In this document: positions 49,400 to 58,039 of the stretch, piece after piece | Layout: every line of letters begins with the position of its first letter | Position numbering within the stretch: the stretch's first letter is position 1 | Source: a phage | Reading direction: 5' to 3' (one strand) | NCBI GenBank assembly: GCA_020241125.1 | Contig: GCA_020241125.1_4708.1 | DNA: 64,000 nucleotides | The notes under the pieces: model-generated | What the model was told of the DNA's origin: nothing | The model's input: the letters and a program-made list of their open reading frames with translations, nothing else | Databases searched by the model: none | Program-made: the position numbers and the translations under genes

Positions 49400-51151
49400 A
49401 TGAGCGAACAAGAACGAAAACCTAAGAAGAAACTGCTCGGTATTCAATGTCGACACATCAGCTATAACGAAGCGAACGATGGCAGCAAGAACGACCTCAT
49501 GATCGCAAAAGAGATCATGTTCTTCGATGATAATACGCAAGCGACGAACCTTCGCTTCTTCGAGAATTACAAACGTCCGTTTTGGGTGACGGTAGAGAGT
49601 AAACGTAAGAACAAATATAAAAAGGAAAGCGAGAAGCTCTCGCATGTGCGTCGCTACGATGTCCGCCAAAGCGAACTGGTTGAAAAGATCAGCTCGGTAC
49701 TTTATAAAAGACGTGCTGACGATAACACCCGTTTACAGCAGCTTGCACGGAGTCCATACCTCTATGGAACGGACGTTAGCGCCAGCTGTTATTTAAAAAC
49801 CCAGTACAACACAAAATGGCCGGAATACGTCGATAAATTACCCGCTTCCATTGCCTGTTTCGATATCGAAACCGACGTTGTCCACGGACACGGTAAGATC
49901 GTTTGTATGTCTATTACAATGGGATACAATGCGATACTTTGCTATACCAAGGACTTCGTTGGTCATATTCCGAATGCCATTGAGAAAACCCATGAGAAGA
50001 TTCGATATTACCTGGCCGAACGTCTGAATACCAAAGAAGATCCCCACGCATTCGAAAAATATCAGTACGATGTTCGAATCGTAGAAAGCCCGGCACAAGC
50101 GGTCATCCAATGCATGCAGAAGGTTCACGAATGGCAGCCGGATTATCTCCTTGGCTGGAATATCGCGTTCGATATTCCGCGCATGCTCCAGGCACTGAAC
50201 GAGGAAGGGTATCGTCCCGAGGATGTTTTCTCCGATCCCCGTATACCACCTAAATATCGTATTGCTCGCTGGGTACCACCGAAGACCGACAAGGTATCTG
50301 CTTCAGGTCGTAAAACCAACCTTACCCTTGAGCAAACCTGGCCGATGTTTTATACGATGGCTACGTATCAGGTTATGGATGCGATGTGTGGCTATAAGTT
50401 CGTTCGTTTAGGAAGACCGGATGAAGGACGCTATTCACTCGATGCGGTGTTAGAGCGAAATAAATGCCATACGAAATTAAAAGCTATTCCTGGTACAGAG
50501 GGGTTCACGGAGCTTGCCTGGCACGAAGAGATGCAAACGAACCATCAAATCGACTACGGCGTATATAACCTTTGGGATAACCAGGGTATTGAGGCGTTGG
50601 ACCAGAAAACAAAAGACTATTCGATGACCATCCCTATCCGTTTAGCGGCGTCGGATTTGAAAGATTTCAGTTCTAACCCTAAACGTATCTGCGATAAACT
50701 TTTCTTCGTTTATCTTAACCGTGGGGAAGTCATGGGATGTACCGCTGACGACATGACCCAGGAAGAAGATAAGTGGGTTATCTCACGAGCTGGACATATC
50801 GTCACATTACCATGCGATCTCATGGCTGACAACGGCATTCATCTCTTCTGGGATATGCCGAACCTGAGAAGTTATATCCGTCTATTCGTTGCAGACCTTG
50901 ACATTAGCAGTTCATACCCGAATGGGCAGATCCTGTTGAATCTATCCAGAGCGTGTGTTTTTCGCGAGCTCTCACGCATTGAGGGCGTCTCTGACTATCA
51001 ATTCAGGAAGTTAGGTATCAACTTTATTACCGGAGGTAAAACGAACGCTGTAGACTTCTGTAGAATCGTTTATAAAGCACCATCGATGTTTGAACTTTTA
51101 GAACATTTCGATGCAACGCGTCCAAAAGAGGAAGCGCGGACCATCGAATGA
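49400..51151 (+). CDS. family-B DNA polymerase N-terminal fragment: 3'-5' exonuclease domain plus polymerase motif A (583 aa)
   Basis: Exo I ACFDIETD, Exo II YLLGWNIAFDIPRML, Exo III YSLDAVLER, motif A DISSSYPN, degenerate motif B-like KLGINFITGG; ORF ends before any motif C (YGDTDS). Confidence 0.75.
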   Translation: MSEQERKPKKKLLGIQCRHISYNEANDGSKNDLMIAKEIMFFDDNTQATNLRFFENYKRPFWVTVESKRKNKYKKESEKLSHVRRYDVRQSELVEKISSVLYKRRADDNTRLQQLARSPYLYGTDVSASCYLKTQYNTKWPEYVDKLPASIACFDIETDVVHGHGKIVCMSITMGYNAILCYTKDFVGHIPNAIEKTHEKIRYYLAERLNTKEDPHAFEKYQYDVRIVESPAQAVIQCMQKVHEWQPDYLLGWNIAFDIPRMLQALNEEGYRPEDVFSDPRIPPKYRIARWVPPKTDKVSASGRKTNLTLEQTWPMFYTMATYQVMDAMCGYKFVRLGRPDEGRYSLDAVLERNKCHTKLKAIPGTEGFTELAWHEEMQTNHQIDYGVYNLWDNQGIEALDQKTKDYSMTIPIRLAASDLKDFSSNPKRICDKLFFVYLNRGEVMGCTADDMTQEEDKWVISRAGHIVTLPCDLMADNGIHLFWDMPNLRSYIRLFVADLDISSSYPNGQILLNLSRACVFRELSRIEGVSDYQFRKLGINFITGGKTNAVDFCRIVYKAPSMFELLEHFDATRPKEEARTIE

Positions 51152-51190
51152 TTCAAGTAGGTTGATCCTCGCTTAACAAAAAAGAAAACA

Positions 51191-51245
51191 CATGCGAAGC
51201 CCCTCCCCCTGGCGGAAGCCGGAGGGAGGGGTGAGGTTTATGCGC
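51191..51245. terminator. GC-rich palindromic hairpin family member between convergent genes
   Basis: CCCCTCCCCCTGGCGGAAGCCGGAGGGAGGGG with GGAA loop. Confidence 0.5.
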
Positions 51246-51723
51246 GTTCGTTACCAACCGTTACTTTGTAGTCAGCGTCGGTTAAGAAAATAGACAGGAA
51301 TCCATGTTCTTTGCAAATCTTACTAAGGATGTCAGCAATGATTTCGTTGATCATCGGCTTGTTTGCAAGGGCATAGATGTACCCGGGTGTAAAAGAAAGT
51401 GCGTGATTGATCATAGGCTCATGAGAAGCCAAGATAAGGATCACATGATGCTTCCCATCGTCGGTAACGACCGCTTGCGTAGACACGAAGAAATCAGTGA
51501 AGCAGCAGCGATCACAGGCTTTAGGTATATACAAGTCACCCAGAGCTTCGTCACGTGCTTTTACGTGTGTTTCAGGGGTGATGCTGCTAAGTTGATCTTC
51601 AGCGAGATCCAAGACATCCTCAATCGTTTTAAGAATAGCGTTGCGGAAATCCTCACGGTAGAATGGGATGATATCACGATCGTTCATGTAATCGCCGGAT
51701 TCGATAGTAAAGTTGATGTTCAT
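51238..51723 (-). CDS. hypothetical small protein (161 aa), first gene of small-protein array
   Basis: ORF. Confidence 0.65.
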   Translation of the reverse strand: MNINFTIESGDYMNDRDIIPFYREDFRNAILKTIEDVLDLAEDQLSSITPETHVKARDEALGDLYIPKACDRCCFTDFFVSTQAVVTDDGKHHVILILASHEPMINHALSFTPGYIYALANKPMINEIIADILSKICKEHGFLSIFLTDADYKVTVGNERA

Positions 51724-51793
51724 TGAATGCTCCTAGTGGTTATGTCGATTGATCGATGTATTGATTTATGTTTGAAGGTGTTGTTCACCTTCG

Positions 51794-52258
51794 TTAGATA
51801 TCGTCATCCGTGGTGCCGTAGGACATATGCTGAATTAATTTTCTCGGCTCGATGAAAATACGACATGTGATAAACACATCGGGATCGTATTGCTCCACGC
51901 AACGTCCGAAGGTTTGTTTTGCGGCTTGGCGCATCGATGTTATTTCCTGATCGTTCATCGCATTATCGAATTCGATGTTGATCGCGATTTTATCGGGAAA
52001 TAAATAGATAAAGTAATCGCCGCTGATACCACCATCATCAAAGTGACGTTCATTGTAGCACTGGACGAGCTTACCTTCACGTTCTTTCTGATACCACCCA
52101 AGGATACTATTAAGACCTCTGTCCACGCATTCGAATGCTTGAGTAATAACATCCTCAACGACGGATGCAGGCGTGGGACCATTGAATAGACGATCTAAGC
52201 GCTTTTTCATCGATTTGGTTTTCTCGTTCATGATTTCTTTTCCTGTTATAATCGGCAT
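51794..52258 (-). CDS. hypothetical small protein (154 aa; alternative start ATG 52231)
   Basis: First ATG lies inside the palindromic flank of hairpin 52255..52300; internal ATG 52231 has AGGAA SD. Confidence 0.65.
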   Translation of the reverse strand: MPIITGKEIMNEKTKSMKKRLDRLFNGPTPASVVEDVITQAFECVDRGLNSILGWYQKEREGKLVQCYNERHFDDGGISGDYFIYLFPDKIAINIEFDNAMNDQEITSMRQAAKQTFGRCVEQYDPDVFITCRIFIEPRKLIQHMSYGTTDDDI

Positions 52259-52300
52259 ACAACCCTTCCCCGGCCTGATGGCTAGGGAAGGGGCTATGCT
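52255..52300. terminator. GC-rich palindromic hairpin family member, intercistronic
   Basis: GCATACAA-CCCTTCCCCGGCCTGATGGCTAGGGAAGGGG-CTATGC; overlaps first ATG of 51794..52258. Confidence 0.45.
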
Positions 52301-52306
52301 ACGTTG

Positions 52307-52705
52307 TTATGCTTCGCAATCAGCTGAAGGCGTCGCGCCTTTCTTACCAGCGATACGCCAAATCCGACACGCTGGGTAATGGTTAACCTCTAGAGAGCAA
52401 GGAATGTTATATTTCTCTTCCAGCGCATAAAGACATTTCGTTAGCTGCTCCAGCGCGTTCTCGTCGTGTCGTAACGCGTGGTGGCCTAATCGATGTTGGT
52501 CGTTCTTTATATACGCCTCGAAGAGAACATGTTGGCGATGTACGCTGACGTTTACAGCCTCGAGTATAGCTTGGTCGAGCATACGACTAAAGCACATCAA
52601 CGAGTCAGATACGTTTTCTCGCTTAACCAGATCGATCATGGCGGGAATATACGAATGGTCGATGTTATCGATGACCGCTTTAGCGACGGAATCAGCAACG
52701 TTCAT
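52307..52705 (-). CDS. hypothetical small protein (132 aa), tandem paralog of 52743..53138
   Basis: Shares VKAVxDNIDH and EEKYNIPxSLEVN blocks with the next gene. Confidence 0.7.
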   Translation of the reverse strand: MNVADSVAKAVIDNIDHSYIPAMIDLVKRENVSDSLMCFSRMLDQAILEAVNVSVHRQHVLFEAYIKNDQHRLGHHALRHDENALEQLTKCLYALEEKYNIPCSLEVNHYPACRIWRIAGKKGATPSADCEA

Positions 52706-52742
52706 CTTTTTTAATCCCTAGTTTGTTATTGATCACGTATAT

Positions 52743-53138
52743 TTACTCTTTGACGTCAGTTGTCGTTTCGACATGCTTCTCACTACTGACGTACCAGAGC
52801 AGGTACGCTGGGAAAAGATTGACCTCTAAGCTAAATGGGATATTGTATTTCTCTTCCATTTTACAGAGATGTTCTTTAAGTAAATTTCTCGCGTCTCTGT
52901 CACCACGAACAGAGTGCCAGTCTAGTTCTTTGTTCTCCTTTACCAGGACCTCTACGATGATACGTTGCTCGTGAACCTCGGTTTTCACAGTGAAAAGTAA
53001 ATCGCTGCTATCCAAACGGGTAAAACGAATGTATGAACCAGGTGTTTTTTCTTGTTTAATAATATCGATCATGGTAGAAATGCGCGGATGATCGATGTTG
53101 TCGTTAACAGCTTTAACGATGGATTCTACAATGCTCAT
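52743..53138 (-). CDS. hypothetical small protein (131 aa), tandem paralog of 52307..52705
   Basis: Shares conserved blocks with previous gene. Confidence 0.7.
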   Translation of the reverse strand: MSIVESIVKAVNDNIDHPRISTMIDIIKQEKTPGSYIRFTRLDSSDLLFTVKTEVHEQRIIVEVLVKENKELDWHSVRGDRDARNLLKEHLCKMEEKYNIPFSLEVNLFPAYLLWYVSSEKHVETTTDVKE

Positions 53139-53170
53139 TTTTTATCCTTAATGTTATCGATTTGGAAATA

Positions 53171-53938
53171 TTACTTATTTTTGCTTTCTTTATAGACAGT
53201 TGTTACCCACGATGGGAAAGCCGGATGGAAACAGAGCGTGAACGTAACTGTCGTATCGTATTTAAACGCACAGTTCACTAACCGGGTATCTAACGTTTTC
53301 CTTAATCCGTCATCATCGTTATCGATGATGGTCATATCTCTTAATATCCCAAGCACGTTAACGCCATCGGGTGTCTGGGTTACGACAAGTCGTCGTAATG
53401 GCCCGCATGTATAGTCACGTACAAATCCTTTCTTCGGGTCCGATACCCTGTTTAACGCATCGTGATTTTTGATGAATTCATCGGCGATACAATAGGTTTG
53501 TTCCCTTGCTTTATCGGGATCGTATTCTGCTAATAGTTCCTTCGTGTCGAATGTTATCGCGTTATTAGCATTCGATTCAGAAGGGAAACATAAAACTAAA
53601 CGAACAGGGTATTCATATTGATCTGTTCTCGTTTCGAAAGCATTAGCTAAACACGGCTTGTATGCCTTTGCGTCGACATTGTCCAAACACGGATGCAATA
53701 ATGCGTGAATAACGGCACCATCGTCAGTTAAACCGAATTCCAGAAATTGTGTTTCATCGACATCCGTGACGGTTTTCTGAAGATACGCTTTACCGTTAAC
53801 GATATCGGTATCCCACATATCGTCGTTTAACGATTCTTCAAACTTATCGAATATATGGTTTACGAAATTGATGAGTTCATCAATACGACACTGTTGGTTG
53901 AATTCGATTAATCGTTGAACTTTATCTCTGATAGACAT
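53171..53938 (-). CDS. hypothetical protein (255 aa)
   Basis: ORF. Confidence 0.7.
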   Translation of the reverse strand: MSIRDKVQRLIEFNQQCRIDELINFVNHIFDKFEESLNDDMWDTDIVNGKAYLQKTVTDVDETQFLEFGLTDDGAVIHALLHPCLDNVDAKAYKPCLANAFETRTDQYEYPVRLVLCFPSESNANNAITFDTKELLAEYDPDKAREQTYCIADEFIKNHDALNRVSDPKKGFVRDYTCGPLRRLVVTQTPDGVNVLGILRDMTIIDNDDDGLRKTLDTRLVNCAFKYDTTVTFTLCFHPAFPSWVTTVYKESKNK

Positions 53939-53940
53939 GA

Positions 53941-54405
53941 TTACTCCTTAGTTCCTTCTTCGTTGGACGTATATTCCACATAGTGGAATTCACGGCCGTC
54001 GATAAACTTGAGTGCTACTGTAATAGGGAAATCACACGGCATAGCGGATTTCGTAAATGCGTTATCAGCAACATCAGATAACCGACGTATGGTATTCTCC
54101 CCTTTTGCTATGAATGGGAATTTAATGTTAATAAGGATACGGTGTTTGTAAATAGTAAAGACGACAGTGCTGTCGAAATGTACCCCAGTTAAAGTCATTG
54201 TTGGGATACGTTTTACAACGGAGAAATGTGTCCCGTCAATATCGCTACTTCCCACTGACCATTCATCGGAATTGCGTAGACTTTTCTTGAGGATATCAAC
54301 GCTTTGCGTGACCACCTCAGCAACTTGTACGACGTACGTGTCTTTATGCATGTCGAAAAGTTCGTTGACGTTAGATTTGAATGAATAAACCGTTGCCATT
54401 ATCAT
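53941..54405 (-). CDS. hypothetical small protein (154 aa)
   Basis: ORF; C-terminal HYVEYTSNEEG resembles neighbours. Confidence 0.65.
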   Translation of the reverse strand: MIMATVYSFKSNVNELFDMHKDTYVVQVAEVVTQSVDILKKSLRNSDEWSVGSSDIDGTHFSVVKRIPTMTLTGVHFDSTVVFTIYKHRILINIKFPFIAKGENTIRRLSDVADNAFTKSAMPCDFPITVALKFIDGREFHYVEYTSNEEGTKE

Positions 54406-54860
54406 ACCTCTTTTTTCATCTTCATCGGAACAGCGAGTGCAGCACTCGCTGTTCCATTATCCGGCTCATATTCCAATGTAACGAGATTGCAGCCGTCCGA
54501 TAATTCATAATCGATCGCTAGGGGGAACGAGATACCGTGCGACTTTATGCATTTACCAAATGTCTCGTTGGCTGTATACATTAGAAGTTGCTTTGCGGCA
54601 AGCCCGTTTACGCTGAAAGGTAATTGTGCTGTCGCAGCGATACGATTATTGTAAACTCTGATATCGGTGATATCTACAATCGTAGCATTGCCGTGTTGTG
54701 TTGATGGAACGGATAGGTTGTAGAAGTAAGGTTCGGAGTCGGAATCGGGCTCGTTAAATAATTCCCAGCACCCGTCCTCCTGCAATCTTACTTCGAGTAT
54801 TTCAAAGCTTTTAATTATCGATTCTACCAGCTGCTCACCGTAAGAATCCCATGTCGTCAT
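54402..54860 (-). CDS. hypothetical small protein (152 aa)
   Basis: ORF; C-terminal LEYEPDNG motif. Confidence 0.65.
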   Translation of the reverse strand: MTTWDSYGEQLVESIIKSFEILEVRLQEDGCWELFNEPDSDSEPYFYNLSVPSTQHGNATIVDITDIRVYNNRIAATAQLPFSVNGLAAKQLLMYTANETFGKCIKSHGISFPLAIDYELSDGCNLVTLEYEPDNGTASAALAVPMKMKKEV

Positions 54861-54931
54861 TTTTTAACACCTTCGACACCTTTTAACCGATACGTGTCCC
54901 ATCTAACAAGGGACACGATATCGTTGATTAA

Positions 54932-55432
54932 TTACTCTTCTGTGTTTTCATTGTCAGGATCGTAGTGGAATTCGAACAGCCCTGAACCGTCGTGTCCGTT
55001 GATTGTTAGTATAACGGGCATATCGAATCCTCGGACACGCGAATGAAAACATTGTGCTAATTTTAGTTTGGCGTATGCCGCTACTTCATTGACAGCAATA
55101 CACGATTCACCTGTTATACTCAGTATAACGTCGATACTAACAATGTTGTCGTGCAACGCAAAACGCCAGCGATCGATACGATTATTATCTTTATCGGTTG
55201 TCTCGTTTACGAGATAGACTTTATCGTCAACCGACAAAGCGGGACTCCAGCAACGATCGTTTATTAAATTCGCCTGGAGTTTTAGTATCGTCTGATCGAT
55301 AATATCCCAACACGTAACCAGCGTGGTGTCAGGCACTGAGTAGAGAAGGGCGTGCACTTTATCCTTTATTTTAAGTGCTTCCGCAGGACGTCCGCAAATA
55401 CCATGCATTTCGACTTTCTTATTCATATTCAC
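54932..55432 (-). CDS. hypothetical small protein (166 aa)
   Basis: ORF; C-terminal FEFHYDPDNEN motif. Confidence 0.65.
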   Translation of the reverse strand: MNMNKKVEMHGICGRPAEALKIKDKVHALLYSVPDTTLVTCWDIIDQTILKLQANLINDRCWSPALSVDDKVYLVNETTDKDNNRIDRWRFALHDNIVSIDVILSITGESCIAVNEVAAYAKLKLAQCFHSRVRGFDMPVILTINGHDGSGLFEFHYDPDNENTEE

Positions 55433-55470
55433 TTCTTTCTTAATCTAAATGTTAGTTGGGGGTGGGATGC

Positions 55471-56103
55471 TTACATGCTTTCTAGCATATTGACGATCAT
55501 GGAACCCATACCGAAACTCGGTCTCTCACCGATATACTCAGCAAGCTGGCGATGGACGTCTTTTGGATTTCCTTCTTCACCGTCAGCATCGATGTAGACT
55601 GAAAAAGAAACCGAATCGGAATCCACGCTGATAACCAGACGACGTTCATTGCGTTCCTTGAGCGTGTCGACGATAGATGCTTTCAGTACCGGGATCGCAT
55701 TCATCGCGTGCAAGATATCTCCATCGGGTTTCGGCAGATCGATCTTTTCTTTCAGGTCGATATTGATGTTGGTTACAATTGGGTTGAGGTCGACCTTGAC
55801 GTAATCGTTAGGGTACATGCGAATAATCGCACGATCGATATCTGAACCGTAAAAGTCAACACGTGGCTTTAACACTTCTTTGTTTGGATCCATGTTTTCA
55901 TCCATACCCGCCTGCAAGAAACGTTCTACGTTATCCAGTTCACGATAAACTAACGCTTCGATTTCTTTCAGATAGTTGGCTGCGGTTTCATGTTCTTTAC
56001 GCAGCTCGTCTTTAAGGAGCTGTACGGTGGTTTCACTGGAACGAATGCTGTTCGCGAATTGGGTAATTGACATATCGAATTCCTTAAATTCTCTTGAGTT
56101 CAA
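55471..56103 (-). CDS. hypothetical protein (210 aa)
   Basis: ORF. Confidence 0.7.
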   Translation of the reverse strand: MNSREFKEFDMSITQFANSIRSSETTVQLLKDELRKEHETAANYLKEIEALVYRELDNVERFLQAGMDENMDPNKEVLKPRVDFYGSDIDRAIIRMYPNDYVKVDLNPIVTNINIDLKEKIDLPKPDGDILHAMNAIPVLKASIVDTLKERNERRLVISVDSDSVSFSVYIDADGEEGNPKDVHRQLAEYIGERPSFGMGSMIVNMLESM

Positions 56104-56171
56104 TTAATGATGAAAAGCTGTAAAAAAAGGTGGGGCGAACCCCACCAAAACGTCAGACACACGCGGGAAAA

Positions 56172-56597
56172 TTAATTCAGTGATGCATATAAGGCATAAC
56201 GACTGTAGATCTCAACCGCCGGTCCGTTATGCGTTAACAGACCGTCTCGGCTGTAATACTGGAAAAATGAATAACGTTTGTCGAAGTGATAAACAAAAGC
56301 AATGTCTTTGCCGTCAAAACCTGTGATGCGTGGTCTGTTTTTATCTAGCAATGCTTTGACTTTTAACAGTGTTGCCGCACGTGCTTTAACGTTAGGGATC
56401 AAGCCATCACAATCGATATAAACAGTGTAACCTGTTTCAGATGTTGCGACGGTCGTATTGCGATTGACGCGGAAGATTTTTGTTTCGTATGTACTATCTT
56501 CAAGAATTGGGTTTTGTTTTTCGTATTTTCGTTTACGCAGAAATTCTACAACGGTGATATAGTTAGCGGTAATATGCCCGGTTATAGCTTGTAACAT
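56172..56597 (-). CDS. hypothetical protein (141 aa), preceded by conserved 31-bp motif
   Basis: ORF with AAGGA SD 8 nt upstream. Confidence 0.7.
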   Translation of the reverse strand: MLQAITGHITANYITVVEFLRKRKYEKQNPILEDSTYETKIFRVNRNTTVATSETGYTVYIDCDGLIPNVKARAATLLKVKALLDKNRPRITGFDGKDIAFVYHFDKRYSFFQYYSRDGLLTHNGPAVEIYSRYALYASLN

Positions 56598-56665
56598 CTT
56601 GACATCCTTTTATATTGGATTGGTTGCAATTGTCTTAAATAGATGATAAGATATTTTGCTCTTAT

Positions 56666-56696
56666 CACTAAGGTAATGTAGTCGCGAAATAAACTG
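56666..56696 (-). promoter_or_regulatory. conserved ~31-bp motif, copy 3 (candidate phage promoter)
   Basis: CACTAAGGTAATGTAGTCGCGAAATAAACTG; between hairpin 56719..56770 and ATG 56597. Confidence 0.45.
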
Positions 56697-56718
56697 CGTT
56701 AACACGAAATAAAAAACA

Positions 56719-56770
56719 GCATAGAACCCTCCTCCCACATCCTTCAAGAGGACGGTGGGAAGAGGGAGAG
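56719..56770. terminator. GC-rich palindromic hairpin family member
   Basis: CAGCATAGAA-CCCTCCTCCCACATCCTTCAAGAGGACGGTGGGAAGAGGGAG. Confidence 0.45.
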
Positions 56771-56771
56771 A

Positions 56772-57173
56772 TTAAATGTCGTGGACGGCAATGCCGTTTA
56801 ACCAGCAATACAGCTTAACGCGACAGGAATACCGCTTCGTTGCGGCAACCATTTCATCGCGTAAACGCTGGTATATTTCATCCTGGTGTTCACGATCAAT
56901 GGGGTAATCAGCCCAACATTCGATCATGACGTCACCATTCGTCAGAATCGTCGTACGCATCCTGTCCTGGATACGGCGGTCTTTCCCGGCATTAGGGAAA
57001 TACATTCCTTCAGTACGAATAAGGTCGCCGCAAGGCATGACTAACCATTCGTTCGTTTTGCCGGTATTCTTATAATCCATTACAGCTTGCATTGCGGTGT
57101 CAACGCTAAAAGAAACATAATTCCAAACGGATGTCCAACGATAGATTGCGGGTTGTTCGAGTGTTTCGTTCAT
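56772..57173 (-). CDS. hypothetical protein (133 aa)
   Basis: ORF. Confidence 0.65.
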   Translation of the reverse strand: MNETLEQPAIYRWTSVWNYVSFSVDTAMQAVMDYKNTGKTNEWLVMPCGDLIRTEGMYFPNAGKDRRIQDRMRTTILTNGDVMIECWADYPIDREHQDEIYQRLRDEMVAATKRYSCRVKLYCWLNGIAVHDI

Positions 57174-57219
57174 GGAGTGCTTTTCCTATTTTTATTTTCT
57201 GCACAGGATAAATTCAACG

Positions 57220-57266
57220 GCATAAAGCCCTTCCCTGCCCTTATATGGGGCGGGAAGAGTTTATGA
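57220..57266. terminator. GC-rich palindromic hairpin family member in 214-bp noncoding gap
   Basis: GCATAAA-GCCCTTCCCTGCCCTTATATGGGGCGGGAAGAG-TTTATG. Confidence 0.4.
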
Positions 57267-57387
57267 CCGCAATGAGAATCTCTCACGACAAGCTCACGAC
57301 GATTATCGCATCACCCCGCGAGTGAGGGAGATCAGGATCACCTCCTACGTCGTAACGACAGTAATCCCGTTAACGTCGCCTTAGGCA

Positions 57388-58014
57388 TTATGCGAAGCGA
57401 CGCATGTAACCTGCCAGATAGTTACGTGTATCGAAGTAAGCAATTTCAGGAATTGCGATATTAAGGTCGATAGCACGGATTTCAACCTGGCGACGGCTTT
57501 CATCATAGATCGCATCCATCAGACGCAGTACTGTCAGGAAAGCCATGCGGGTATGGTAGTCCAGCGGCATGTTATCGATGCCACGATACAGATAACGGTT
57601 TGCATTAAATGCTCCTTCGCTGTTATCTTTCCAGATCTTCAGAATATCAGCAAAGGCGGTGCGGAAAACCTCAGGATTATCCACATCCAGTAACGCACGG
57701 AAGGCAGACATTAAAGACCGCTGATGGCGGATCAACGACTGCGGTGTTTGCGGCATGGTCGGACCCATTTCTTCCGCATATTTCTGGAACGGGGCAACCA
57801 GGGTTGCGGCACGAGAAGCCACGATAGAAACAGCAGGCGATTCTTTCACCGCTGGTTTCGCAGGCTTTTCTTCAACAACGGTTTCCTTCTTCTCAACAGC
57901 GACCGTTTCCGGCTGTGCTACAACATCACCAACCGGAGCATCTGCAACGGTGGTTTCTACCGCAGTAATCTCCTCGTCCATTTTTGCAGAACGTTGGTCT
58001 TTATTCTTGCTCAT
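57388..58014 (-). CDS. hypothetical protein with Ala/Pro/Val/Glu-rich N-terminus (208 aa)
   Basis: ORF immediately downstream of beta-prime-like gene. Confidence 0.7.
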   Translation of the reverse strand: MSKNKDQRSAKMDEEITAVETTVADAPVGDVVAQPETVAVEKKETVVEEKPAKPAVKESPAVSIVASRAATLVAPFQKYAEEMGPTMPQTPQSLIRHQRSLMSAFRALLDVDNPEVFRTAFADILKIWKDNSEGAFNANRYLYRGIDNMPLDYHTRMAFLTVLRLMDAIYDESRRQVEIRAIDLNIAIPEIAYFDTRNYLAGYMRRFA

Positions 58015-58039
58015 GTTTATTTCCTTTCATTTAACAAGG

